Shown here one piece after another: positions 12,524 to 25,799 of a stretch of 64,000 nt of DNA. How positions within the stretch are numbered: position 1 is the stretch's first letter; the number at the start of each line of letters is the position of its first letter. A model generated the notes under the pieces. It saw only the letters and a program-made list of their open reading frames with translations, had not been told where the DNA came from and made no database searches. Origin of the DNA: Octopus vulgaris (lineage: Eukaryota); assembly GCA_951406725.2 (NCBI GenBank), contig CATOCA020000003.1, forward strand, positions 248,001 to 312,000, written 5' to 3'. The position numbers and the translations under genes were made by a program.

Positions 12524-13504
12524 CCACTGATTTCCACATATATTTGTTCATAGAGAGACAATAGTTCAACTGGTGGCAATAATTATTAGAGAAACTGTAG
12601 CATCTTTTTTATTTGAGCATTCTTAAAATCCGATAATGATATTTTACATTAAATTCTCTTCAAAAATTATTCTTATATAATTTCACTTTTTGTGAGGAAG
12701 AAATCATATTACATTTGTATGAATATGTTAAACAGATACATAATTAGAGTTACAACTGAAAATTGGTTATACTTAAAAGAATATTGAATAAAGTTATCTC
12801 TTGCATACTTTTTAATACAGTACTACTTAGAGAACTAACCTGGAAAGTATACCCGTAAACATTAAAATTAAACAGATACAAATTTTAATGATTTTGCAAG
12901 TAACTTTTGAATTAGAATTTAGAAACAGATTATTTCCCTAACATTTCTTTTCATACATAAGCCTATCAAAATAAGAAAAAGCTTACACGCATTTAATTAA
13001 CTAAAAACAAATTAAGAAAGAACCCCTCTAGCCATGAAAAAAAAAATCATTCATAGATTCAATATATACATGTTAAGACTATACTGAAAACTACATAGAT
13101 AATTTGATCATAACAATTAGTGCTTGATGTAAAACGATAATCTGGAGTCATAATTTAACAAAAGTTTCAATATTTTAGAGAAATTATAAATCTTCAAACA
13201 CGATTTACACATGAATTTAAAAAATTTTTTAAACTTTATTCCAATATTCTAGTAATTTTAAATTAATTGGCTTTTGACTAAACAACTATTAATCATTATT
13301 TCATTTAAAATAAATACCGTAAAATAATTAAAATGACAATTAAAAAAAAAAAAATTCTACCACATAGCATTTTAGTATATTTAAATGTAAGGGTGCAATT
13401 ACTGAAATTAATTTTAGACTACAAAAAGAATTTATACTTACATGAATCTGCAATAAGAAAATGTGCATTTAATTTTAAAAAACAAATACCCTCTTTTAGT
13501 AGTA

Positions 13505-14577
13505 TCATAACTCTGTTTTGGTATTCTTTTTGTTACTAATTACTTCATCTTCAACTGTAGTTAATCTCACATAATCTTTAATGTCTTCTGTGTAAGAATG
13601 TTTTTGTAAGTATTTGTTTGCTATTAAAATATTTTCAGGGTCATTGTTTGTTTGGACTTGAGACTGTTTTTCAAGAATGTTGTAATTTTCTTTGGATTTA
13701 TACTCAAATTCTTCAGAAAGCAAATTCTTATCAAATTCTTTGTTTTGTACTTCTTTACTATCATCCCCATTTTGTAGATCACTCTTTACAGATTTATCAA
13801 CACTAGGGTGCGTGCCTTCCTTTAGTGTCACTAACCAAAGGTCATCAGAACTAACTTCATTTGGTTTCTTTTTACAATTATCATTATCAAATAATTTATC
13901 ACCTTCCTGAGGATTTTCTCTAAATGTAGAATGTAATTCTTTCTCTTCTTTCCAATTTTTATCATTATCAATTGCATCACTTTGTAGCTGTACTTCTTTG
14001 ACAATAATAAGTTCAAAAGCTAATTGATCAAGTAAGTTTTTATCCTCATCACTTAAATTTCCTGAATCAAAATAAGCAGCCTCTAAAATCTTTGCAAGAG
14101 CTCTCAAATATGGACCCTGCTGTTCAAGTTGAGGGAAATTTGTATGGTCTCTCAAAAATGTAACTAAATCAACATAAATCTGATTCAATTTTGGTTCATT
14201 TTTTGCTGGATTAATTTTAGAGAGATGCTGAAAATAAAATACTAGCTGTTTTGTACCATCTGGAAGCAAATTAAGTTGAATTGGCTCAAAAGTCATATCA
14301 TAAGGTGATGATGAAACATCATTGAAAATTTTTATGCTAATCTCCATGTTAACATTATCAGAACCAACCTTAATAAAATAGCCTCCAGACCCATCTCTAA
14401 TCGACACTTTTTTTTTGTTGTAAGTCACTCTGTTCATGGTTGGTTGATACAAGAAACTAGCAGAAGTTGCTGGTGTTTGAACAGGTTTCATGAACTGAAA
14501 TGTCTTTTTTTGTTTATTAGAACCTAAAGTTGATGTTTCTTTTTGGTAATCTTCAGTAGGTAGCTTGCTCTGGGGAG
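13505..14577 (-). CDS. EDEM3: Terminal coding exon of an EDEM3-like ER degradation-enhancing alpha-mannosidase
   Basis: Stop-free frame of about 357 codons with no TE motifs. Acceptor TATTTTCAG at 14586-14578 is phase 1, matching the donor of the 40540-40719 exon. Ends ...KKNTKTEL-TGA, a KDEL-like signal (human EDEM3 ends in KDEL). Linkage to the PA exon is inferred. Confidence 0.75.
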
Positions 14578-15359
14578 CTGAAAATAGTATGAATGAATAT
14601 CAGTTACACACAGGCATATTTATACTTCTATATTATGAATTATATTGATATAAAAAACCCCCAAAAAAACAACTCCTCTATTATGTATGCATGTGTGTTT
14701 ATATATATACACACACATTACACACATGCATACATATAAACATACATATTGTTGCTATTATGCAAAAGTGTCATAGGTCCAAAATGTTGCTTTTTCAGAA
14801 AAAAATATAGTTGAACCATTCCATTTCTTTTTACTTTAGCAAAAGTTTCAGCTTAACAATAATACTTTGTTGGGTGCATAAAATCTTAACTCCATTTTCA
14901 GTAAGAAATATTTTTGTAAAACTGTCGTAGGTGGGACTTACTACACTTTTGAAAAATGCTAAACTATTGCACTACACTTTGACAATTTTCATATCTTGGC
15001 ATCTGAAACAGCTGGAGATATGATAGTTTGACCAAAAGAACTGGCTATTGCAAGCAGAATTAAATATTGAAAAAAAAGCAAGCATTTGGCTAAATTTGGA
15101 CATAGCAATGATATATATATAAACATAAGACTTATACTGTACAGTGTAACCACCCTACTTTTCTTCCTGGTCAACCTATGTGTCCTATTTTCATGACCTC
15201 TTTACCTTTCTCCTTGTTGGCCCTTAATTTGGATATTGTATGGGATTGAGGAAATTGTAATTTATTGAATAAACTCTATGCTACCTGGCAAGCATTTGTG
15301 CAGATGCTGGCAGAAGTACCACAACAACTGCTTTCTCACTGTCACTGTCAAGTACACAA

Positions 15360-18300
15360 TTTTAGAGCTGCTACCATCAATGTTGGCATAAAGAAAGGAA
15401 GGTCTAGTGAGATTATTGAAATATTGGAGTGTTGCCATGTCGATGTGTGTGGTGTAGAAGAAGTAAAATGGAGGGGAGCCTCTGCTAAATTTCTCACGAA
15501 TAAGAAACAGAGGTTCAAATTCTTCTGGGTAGGTAGAAGTGATGGAGTGGGTGGTGTAGAGGTACTCTTAGCAAAAAAGTAGGTAGATAAGGTAATTGAT
15601 GTAGTCAGAGTATTATTAAATTTATAGATAAATTAACAGTTACATTTATCTCTGGGCAGGCTAATAACCAGGACCAATTTTACAAGGTCCTTCTGCAGAC
15701 TACCTCAACGATAAATGACAGAGACTAGGTTATTGTGACTGGTAACTTTAATGGACATGTTGGGCAGCATTCCCATGGATTCCATGGTGGTTATGACTTT
15801 GGCCCAAAGAATGAGGAGGGAACAAGGCTACTGGAGTTCTATGATGCAAATGATCTCATTATATCTGCAACACTAGCTTCAGAAAGCCAGCCAGCCAGCC
15901 ACCTAATCACTTATCAGTCTGGAGGGCACATAAGCCAGATTGATTACCTCCTCACCAGGTAACAAGATAGGCAGATGCTTGCAAATGCGAAGTTTTTCCC
16001 AGATGAAGAGTGTACAATCCAACATAGGTTACTAGTTAGTGACTATAGAATAAGAGATAGAAAGGCTTGGAGACATAAATCATTCTGGAAAAGAAGATTA
16101 TGGAAGCTCAAAAATACAGCAAACCAACAGAAATTTAGAGATATTCTAATGGAAGCCAATGACGAAAGAGAGGAGGAGGTGGGGACATATAGTTTAGAGG
16201 ACAATCAGATGTTCCTGTGGGAAGATCTACTGAAGGCCACAGACCAGATCTGTGGCTGGTGCAAAGTCCCAGCTAGGCTGAGGGTGACATAGTGGTGGAA
16301 CAAAGAGGTAGACAGTGCTATAAAAGCAAAAAGACAGGCCTGGAAAGACTGGAAAACAGTGGAAGCAGAGAATTATATCAGGTAATCAGAAGGGAAGCTA
16401 CATGACAGGTTTACATAAGCGAAAGGAATAGCAGACGGTAAGAGATTTGTTATGGTCTACAGCATGAGGATCAAAGGAATGAGGTGTTCAGGATTGCAAA
16501 GCAGTGTATAAGAGAGAATAGAGATGTGGTGGGTGAGAAATGTGTGTGAATAGATAATGGCATATTTGCATTTATTGACTCAGAGAAAGGTTATTAAAAG
16601 TGGAAAATGCATGGGAGGAGGAGAATCTTTCAAATAGCAGTATGATAGATAAGGCAATTAAAGATATGAAGACAAGGAAAGCCCCTGGACCATCAGGAAT
16701 CACTGTTAAGTTGATTAAAATATCTGTCAGTGTAGGATACAGCCTAGTTGCTTATACATATGTCAATCAGGTTATTCAGAAAGATGGTATAGAAGTATCA
16801 TAGCTGCTACAAAGGTAAAGGCCTTAGATACAAACAACTACAAAGGCATCAAACTGCTGGATCACATCATGAAAGTTAAAGAGAGAGTTGTAGCTCAATT
16901 GATTAGGAATAGAATTAAACTAGATGAGATGTAGTTTGGTTTTTGTACATGGGAATCTAGCGCATGAGTAGGGGTTCACCAGAGTTCAGTTTGCAGTCCA
17001 CTCTTACTCCTAATAGCTCTTCAGGCCATAACAAAGGAATTCAGAACTGGATGTCTGTGGAAACTACTTTATGCTGATGACCTCACTCTTACTTGTAGAG
17101 TCTGTAGCAAAATTGGAGAAGAAATTCCAGGTGTAGAAGCAAAACCTAGAATCAAAGGACCTTAAAGTTAACCTAGTAAAGACCAAAGTTGTTGTCTGCA
17201 AGAAAGCAGATAAGACTCTTCCTGTCAGGTAAATGGCCCTGCTCAATATGTAGGCAAGGATTTGGAAGTAATTCTATTTGCTGCACCCAGTGTAAACTAT
17301 GGACACATAAGTGGTGCAGTGGAACCACAGGTAGATTAACAGATAAAGTTGTCTTTGTGTGTGGCAGATGTGCAGGAACAATAAGCACTAAGGGCACTCA
17401 AATGTCCAGGAGGCTCTCTTGAAATTGTAGATAGTTTCTGTTACCTAGGTGACCAAATTAGCAATTGTGGTGGATGCTCTGAAAGTATTGCTTCTAGAAT
17501 AAGAATAGGATGAAGGAAGTTCAGAGCTGTTACCTCTGTTGGTGATAAAAGGACTCTCTCAGAGTGAAAGGTAGATTGTATGTTTCTGTATGAACAGCTA
17601 TATTCCATGGTAGTGAGACATGGGCTTTGAATGCAGAAGACATGTATAGATTAGAGAGAAATGAAGGCAGTTTTCTCCATTGGATGTGCAACATCAATGT
17701 GCATGTATGTCAATTGCAGATGTGTTGAGAGAAAAGTTGGGCATAAGAGGAATCAAATGCAGAATGCAAGAGAGAAGACTACATTGGTTTGGACATGTGA
17801 TGCATATGAACAAAGACAGCTGAAAGTGGATGATGCTTGTGGAAGAGGGAGACCCAGGAAGACATGAGATGAGGTAGTGAGGACTGATCTCAGGATGTCA
17901 GGTTTCATGGAGGAAATGACAACAGACTGAGATGTTTGGCAATATGAGGTTTGTGAGAAAACCTGACCATGTCAGCAAAACTGAGTTTTAGAATCGCTGT
18001 GTGTTCTACCCACATGTAACAATATAACTTTTCACACACCCTACACCAACAAACCAAACTATATCTCTTCTCTTTCATGCACTATACTTATCTCTCACTC
18101 CTCAATCATCCTCACTGCATCATTGCTATCCTGTACCCGCTCTATAAACCCAGGTTTGCACCAGTCACTGCATTACTCACCCCAACACTCTGTGCATCCA
18201 TGTGAAGTCTCTACTCCTTACTCTTTTTTGGCAATAACCTGCCACTTATATTGTGACTTCTGTACCTTGAGAGTATGCCCTGGCACTTTCCCCCTTCTAG

Positions 18301-19015
18301 CTCTCTCTCTTCCTTTATCCAAGTATTCTATTTATCTATTATCTATATACCCAAGTTTTCACCATTCATTACATTCTCCACCCCCACACTTTGTGCATCC
18401 ATATGAAGTCTCTTCTCTCTACTCATACTTCTTTGGCACATATCTTGCCACTTATGACTTCTGTACCTTGAGGTAAGTCTCTCTCTTCCTTTACTCCACC
18501 CTCCCATTATATTCTGATCCCCATTCCTTTTGAGTATGGCCTGACACTTCAACATCATCTTTCTCCTGCTCTCTCTTACTCTTCCCTCTAGCTGGGTAAC
18601 CATGTAACTCCTCTACAGCAAGACACCTATTTCTGTCTCTCTGTCATAGTCATACCTTTCATCATCTGGTACAAGACTGCCTCCTTCAATGTCCCCTTTT
18701 AAAGGATCTTTATCTTGCAAGTTACTTGCTGGCACCACATAAAAAGCATCCAGTTCACACCGTAAAGTGGTTGACATTTGGAAGGGTATCCAGCAGTAAA
18801 AACCCATACCAAAACTGACCTCACTTGAGTTGGTGCCATGTAAAAAGCACTCAGCCCACTCTGTAGGGTGGTTGGTGATAGGAAGGGCATCCAGCCATAA
18901 AAAAACATGTCAAAACAAGCACAGAAGTCTTGTACAGTCTTCTGCCTGGCCAGCTCTTGTGAACTGTCCAACCCATGCCAGCATGGAAAGCAGACATTAG
19001 ACAATGATGATAACA
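15360..19015 (+). mobile_element. Decayed RTE LINE (PHD-finger-bearing family) with long 3' UTR
   Basis: APE motifs (ATINVG, EEVKWRG, GNFNGHVG, SQIDY), RT (KAPGPSGI, LLYADDL), finger WPCSICRQG..CTQCKLWTHKWC..VCGRC, RGRPRKT, and a 3' motif GGAAGGGCATCCAGC with a (GAT)n tail. Confidence 0.9.
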
Positions 19016-19504
19016 ATGTTATTCATTAATTCCACCACATTTTAAAACTGGGATGACACATGTAAGTCCTAACCCTTACAACCATATGCTCCTCCAGAAT
19101 TGCCAATTTCAAAAAGCTAAAAGATACTAAATAAAAATGAAAAGTGCCAAAAAAAAAAAAGGACTTAAGAAAAAATCCAAATAAAGTGGTGTAAAAATCA
19201 AAAGATATACATTAAAGATTTCAGTATAACTTATTCATGAAGTTCATATGGTCTCTCCACATCAGAATTTGCTAACTTGGAGAAATGTTCAAATGAATTT
19301 TTTCCCTGTCAAATACAATGACTCTTCAATCCAGAAAGAAAGTGTGACTGAAATTTGTTTTCATCATCATTTTTAAAGCATTTCCATTGAAAATTAATTT
19401 TTGTCAGACTCTCTGAATATTCATTAAAATGCTTTGCAGAGTCTATTATTATTGGTTTGAGATATTCTCTTACACTAAAATAACTCACCGATTATCACCC
19501 TCCC

Positions 19505-22500
19505 CCATCATCATTTAATGTCCATTGTCCATGCTGGCATGGGTTGGACAGTTTGACTGGGCTGGCATGCTGGAAGGCTGCACCAGACTCCAGTCTAATT
19601 TGGCATGGTTTTCTACAGCTGGATGCCCTTCCTAATGCCAACCACTCCAAGAATGTAATGAGTGCTTTTACATGCCACTGGCATATAAAAGCACCCAGTT
19701 GTGTGACACTGGGGTGCATTTACATGCCAATTTGTGTGACACTGGTATCTGCCACGACTGCGATTTTGCTTGGCTTGATGGGTCTTCTTCTCAAGCACGA
19801 CATAATGACAAAGGTCTTTGTCATTGCCTCTGTGAAGCCCAATGCTCAAAAGAAACTCAGCCACTTTGCCTCCAAGAGGCCCAACGTTCAAATGATGTTC
19901 TTTATGTGTCACCAGCATGGGTATACTTGGCTTCACAGGTCCTCTCCAGCACAGCACATCACCAAAGGTCTCAGTCACCAGTCATTGCCTCAGTAAAGCT
20001 CAAACTTCAAAGATCATGCTTCACCACCTCGTCCCACGTCTTCCTGGATCTACCTCCACAGTTAGAGACTGGCACTTCCTTACACAGACGCCCTTGTCCA
20101 TATGCATCACATGACCATACCAGAGCAGTCGTCTCTTTTGCACACCACATCTGATTCCTCTTATACCTAACCTTTCTTTCAAGATGTTTACACTCTGTTG
20201 AACATGCACACTGACATTGCACATCCAGCGAAGCATACTGGCTTCATTTCTTTCAAGCCTACACATGTCCTCGGCTGTCATAACCCATGTTTCAATGCCA
20301 TGCAACATGGCTGTTCATACACATGCGTCATACAGTCTGCCTTTTACTCTGAGCATGAGGCCCTTTGTCAGCAGCAGAGGTAAGAGCTCTCTGAACTTTG
20401 CCCAGCCTAATCTTATTCTCACAGCTACACTCTCAGAGCATCCACCTCCATTATTAACTTGGTCACCTCGATAACAGAAGCTATCTACTATCTCTAGCTT
20501 GCCCCCTGACAGATAATGGAGTCTATTTTCTGTACATTTTCAGCGTTTATTGTACCTGTGCACCTTCCACATACAAAAGTTAGTTTCCCTGTTAAGCTTC
20601 CTCTGATATTGCTGCACCTTTTTATGTGTCCAGAGCTTACACTGAGCACATCCTATGGAGTTTCTACCTACACTTTTTCTACAGATTGAGCAAGGCCATC
20701 TACCTGAAGTAATTTGTGATTTGTCTGCCTTCCTATGATTTTGGTTTTTGCTATTACCCTTTGATTCTAGACCCTGCTTCCATATCTGGAATTTCTTCTC
20801 TAGTTCAAGTAGTGATTCAATTATAAGAACAAAGTCATCATCAGAGAGGATCTCCCAGGGGTAGCCAGTCTTGAATTCCTCTGTTATTGCCTGGAGGACT
20901 ATGATGAACAAAAGGGGCTGAGCACAAATCCTTGGTGAACCCCTACTGGTATCCTGGATTCTTTGCTGTACTCATTACCCACTGTCACCTTACTGGTAGT
21001 GTTCCTGTACAAGGCATGTATGGCACTCACCAATCATTTGTCTATCCATAGTTTCCCTACATAAGGGATCAGAGGACTCTATCAAAAGCATTCTCCAAGT
21101 CAACAAAAGCCAAGTACAGAAGTTTATCTTTGGTTAGATATTGCTCCTGCAGTTGCCTTACCAGAAATATAAGCATCAGTGGTGCTTCTACCTGGCACAA
21201 AACCAAATTGTATCTCATCTAGACTAACTCTGTCCCTAATTAGCTGTGCGATGACTCTCTTCACAACTTTCATCACCTGATCCAACAATTTGATACCTCT
21301 GTAATTATTTCTATCTGAGGCATCACCTTTACCTTTGTAGCAGTTAACTATGGTGCTGCTATACCAGTCACTGGGTATGACTCCTTCATGAACCACCTGA
21401 TTTACAATACGAGTGACTAAATCATAACCCACAACACCAGGTATTTTAAGCATCTCAGCGATGATTCCTGATGGACTGGGGGCGTTTCTTGTCTTCAAAT
21501 CCTTAATTGTTTTATCTACCAGGGTACTGTCAATTTGGGTAGCTTGGTCCTTCAATTGGGTCAACATTTGGCAGACTCTCCCCCTCCCATTCATTCTCCA
21601 TGTTCAAAATTGCATCTCCAAGCCTCTTTCTTTGCAGACTCATTAAAAGCAAGTGTACCATCATCCATGTGGACACATTTCTCTCCTATAACATCACAAT
21701 TTTCTCTCACACACTGTCTTGCAATCCAAAATACTTCAGTTCTTTGGTCCTCATGATGCTGAATATAGGCAAACTTCTTTTCTACTTCTCCCTTGGCTAG
21801 ATATACCTGTCTCCTAGCTTTCCTTCTGGTTGTCTGATACAGTTTCCTGCTGCCTCCACTCTTCCAGGCCTTCCCAGCTTGTTTCTTTGCTCTAATGGCC
21901 CTGTCTACAGTATTGTTCCACCACCATGTTACCTTAGGTCTGGAAGGGACTTTGCACCAGCTACAGATTTGGTCTGTGGCACGCAGCAAGCTCTCTCGCA
22001 GGAATTCTCAGTTGCCTTTTATGTCACAAGTTTCTCAATTAGGATGTCCCTAAATCTCTAACCATATGAAGGTCCTTATGCTTCCAAATCCTTCTTTTCC
22101 AGATTGGTCTGATTCTTGGCATCTTTCTGGCCTGCAGTCTAAAGATGCTAATGACTAGTCTATGATGTGGGGTACATTCTTTACCAGTGAGGGTCTCTGT
22201 ATTTAAGAGCAACTTTGCATTCCAATGGCTGGCTTCCTGAAGTTGGTGTTGCAGATCAATAGGTTATTTGCAAGACAGAACTCCAGTATCTTTGTTCCTT
22301 CTTCGTTTCAGGAACCAAGGAAGATACCAGGCTGCTGTCCAACATACCCGTTGAAATCCCCAGTCATGCAGATGAGATCATTGTCACTCATCTTTGAGGC
22401 AGCCTGTAGAAGAATATCATAAAAGTGGTCCTTCTGTTCATTTAGTAGGCTTGCTTGTGGGGCATAGGCAGATATAATTGTAGCTATACTATTCTGCAAG

Positions 22501-22790
22501 ACTAGCCTGAGCTTAAGTACTCTTTTGCACACTTTGACTACCTCTATGAACTTATCTACCCATTTCTCTGCAAGAAGTATGCCCACACCACCTACTCTGT
22601 TACTGCTACTATCCCAGAAGATTTTAAACCTATGTGTCTTGCCTGTGAGGAACCTAGCTGAAGCTCCTCTCCACCTTACCTCTTGGATGCAATATACATC
22701 AACATGTCTCTGTTCAAGTATCTCTACAATCTTGTTAAACCTACATTTCAATGTGCCTACATTTACAGTGCCAACTTTGAAAACTGGGAA
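19505..22790 (-). mobile_element. Near full-length decayed RTE LINE (PHD-finger family)
   Basis: VGTVNVGTL...IQEVRWRG...SAYAPQ...GDFNG, YKGKGDASDRNNYRGIKLLD, WPCSICRK..CAQCKLWTHK, and an (ATC)n tail at ~19508. Confidence 0.92.
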
Positions 22791-23037
22791 AGGGATGTGG
22801 GAAGGAACATGAAATGTTATTCTTCCATTTCTTGTTTCTATGATTGTTTGATAAGACATGTCATGTCATAACAGTTGCTCTTGCTTTCAACCTGTCATCA
22901 TTCAAACGTATTAAAATTGTTGCCTCTACTGGGGATGAGAGTAAGGTAAGCACTGTAAATATAAACGTTAAATATGCCAATGTTAAATTAAGTAAATGGG
23001 CTGCTATTTGGTTGGATTAGTCCATTATATATATATA

Positions 23038-25111
23038 CCGTATTTTCCGTACTATAAGGCGCACCTAAAAACCTTCAAAAATCTCAAAAGCCGACGGTGC
23101 GCCTTATATGTGGACCAATATTGAGCCACAACAGGTCTCGAAACTACGGTAAGCAGCCGCCGACTTAATTTTCCCTCGTAGAAGAAGCGTGCGGTGCATG
23201 CTGGGATATATGACTGCGTGAGGCGTGCCGTTTCATTTCCATTTGTGTGTTTATGTAGAGACCCCAAAATGGCTCCTATTAAGAGACACGCCTACGACGC
23301 AGAGTTTAAACTCAAGGCGATCAGTCACGCAGTAGAACACGGGAATAGAGCAGCAGCGAGAGAATTTAACATTAATGAATCAATGGTGCGGAAGTGGAGG
23401 AAGCAACAAGATGACCTGAGCCAAGTAAAGAAGACTAAAAAGAGTTTCCGAGGGAACAAAGCGAGATGGCCACAAACTCGAACAGTGGGTTGTTGAACAG
23501 AGAGCAGCAGGTAGAAGTGTCAGTACAATCACTATTTGAATGAAGGCAACAGCGCTAGCAAGCGAACTTAACATTAATGAATTTAAAGGCAGTCCTTCTT
23601 GGTGCTTTCAGTTTATGAAAAGATGTAATCTCTCCATTCGCACACGAACTAGTTTCACAGCAACTGCCAAAAGACTACCAAGAAAAGCTGGTCACTTTTT
23701 GCGCATATTGCAAAAACAAGATTACTGAAAAAAAGATCCGGCCAGAGCACATCATCAACATGGACGAGGTTCCACTCACCTTTGATATTCCTGTGAACCG
23801 CACAGTGGAAAAAACGGGAGCATGTATGGTAAATGTTCGCACCACAGGAAATGAGAAGTCATCCTTCACTGTAGTTCTCGCTTGCCAAGCTAATGGCCAG
23901 AAACTTCCACCCATGGTTATTTTCAAGAGGAAGACCTTGCCAAAAGAAAACTTTCCAGCCGGCGTCGTCATCAAAGCTAATTCAAAGGGATGGATGGATG
24001 AGGAAAAGATGAGCGAGTGGTTGAGAGAAATTTACGTGAAGAGACCGGGTGGCTTTTTTCACACAGCTCCGTCCCTTTTGATCTACGACTCCATGCGCTC
24101 CCATATCACAAATGGTGTCAAAAACATGTGAAGCACACGAATTCAATACTCGCCGTCATTCCAGGTGGATTGACAAAAGAACTCCAGCCACTAGATATTG
24201 GTGTCAACAGGGCATTCAAAGCTAGACTGCGAACTGCGTGGGAACAGTGGATGACAGAAGGCGAACACACTTTTACCAAGACAGGGAGACAGCACCGAAC
24301 GACACACGCCACTATCTGCCAATGGATCATAAATGCCTGGGCTGATATATCAGTCTCAACTGTGGTCCGAGCTTTCAGGAAGGCAGGAATTGTCACTGAA
24401 CTGCTAGACAACATCAGCGACACTGACTCGATTAATGATGACTTCAACGAGACAGAGCCCGTATTCGCCCAACTGTTTAATTCGGACACTGAAGAAGAAG
24501 AATTCGAGGGATTCGTGAATGAGGAATAACTTAATAAAGTGAGCTTTATATGTTTATTTTGTGTGTTGTGTTGTGTGACATTAACGTTTGAGCAACGTTA
24601 AGTTATTGATATTTTTTATTGCTTTGCACTATTTCGAGTGTTACTATATTGTGATTGCACTAACGTTTGATTTACTGTAACAGCATCAGACTGTTTTTTA
24701 CGTGTTTATTGAATCGAGGAAAAGTTCCCCTCCACTATGTGATCTAAATGTTGCACTACATGTTATACCTTGCTGTTGTTAAAAAATAAACAAAATACCA
24801 CGTCACTGACTTTACCTCGGGGAAAATAATAAAACAGCTGTTTATTCATTTTGGGAGTGAACGGAGTTGTCAGAACGCTGGTTTGTAATCTATTAATAAA
24901 GTTTGACTGACCTATCCAACTGTTTTGTTGACATTCCTTTCAGCACAGCTCCATCTAATGGATGCATAACGTAACCCCAGCCTCTACTGTAGCGTCTATT
25001 CTATGCGCCTTATAATGCGGTGCGTCTTATATATGGACAAAGTTTTAAAATAGGCCATTCATTGAAGGTGCGCTTTATAATCCGGTGCGCCTTATAGTGT
25101 GGAAAATACGG
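23038..25111 (+). mobile_element. pogo-superfamily (Passer/POGK-like) DNA transposon with frameshifted transposase
   Basis: TIRs CCGTATTTTCCGTACTATAAGGCGCACC and GGTGCGCCTTATAGTGTGGAAAATACGG, inserted in (TA)n. Transposase 23269-24529 has a Brinker-type DBD (MAPIKRHAYDAEFKLKAI), a CENP-B HTH, the DDD triad (NMDEVP, IYDSMRSH, LQPLDIGVN) and an acidic tail. Several frameshifts. Confidence 0.95.
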
Positions 25112-25118
25112 TATATAT

Positions 25119-25490
25119 ATTTGTTAAAGAGGACAACAAATGCTAAGGCGAGACAAATGTCTCAAGTCATATACGTTATTATTATTAGAAAAATTTAGTC
25201 TCACAGCAGTTTCTGGGATATTTTCCCTATTTATCTCTGATGACAGAATATCCCATATTTTGGGATATCCCAGAAACAGCTGTAAGACTTAAAATTTTTC
25301 TAATAACATATATGACTCTTGATGTTTGTCTCGCCATAGTGTTTGTTGTCCTCTTTAACAAATATATATCCACTATATCGGAAATCTACATTAGTTCCAT
25401 AACTCCTGTCTCAGCTATCAGCTTAGAGTCCTGGTAATCCATTACAGCACCTACCCAGTGTACCTAGTCATTTAGATCACCTGTGAAACT
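25119..25490 (+). mobile_element. Solo pseudo-LTR of the Penelope-like element at ~60-63.9 kb, with a 5' inverted segment
   Basis: 25221-25488 matches 63593-63865. 25120-25220 is the reverse complement of ~25263-25362. Confidence 0.85.
25233..25288 (+). ncRNA. Minimal type-I hammerhead ribozyme motif
   Basis: TCT-CTGATGA-stem II (ATATCCCA/TGGGATAT)-GAAAC-AGCT-GTA-AGA. Stem III is palindromic (ACAGCTGT) and the cleavage triplet is GUA. Confidence 0.75.
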
Positions 25491-25626
25491 TGAAATGGTT
25501 GTATTGTACTAATACTTGACATCCTGTTACTTATTTTCACTTTATTCACCTTACTTCAAGCTGTGCAGATAATACTGGACTGACTTGGTACCTCAATCTA
25601 AGTACCTAATTCAACTAAATCTTATT

Positions 25627-25657
<31 letters not shown>

Positions 25658-25799
25658 AAAGAGAGAGAGAGAGAGAGAGAGAGAGAAGAAGGGTGAGAGG
25701 AAGATTGTTTGGAAGGGAGGGAGGGTGGGATGGAGGTATGTGGGTCTTCTGGTGCAGAAGTGAGCCAGAGCCCTGTGGGAGTTTTCGGTATAAAGGAAA

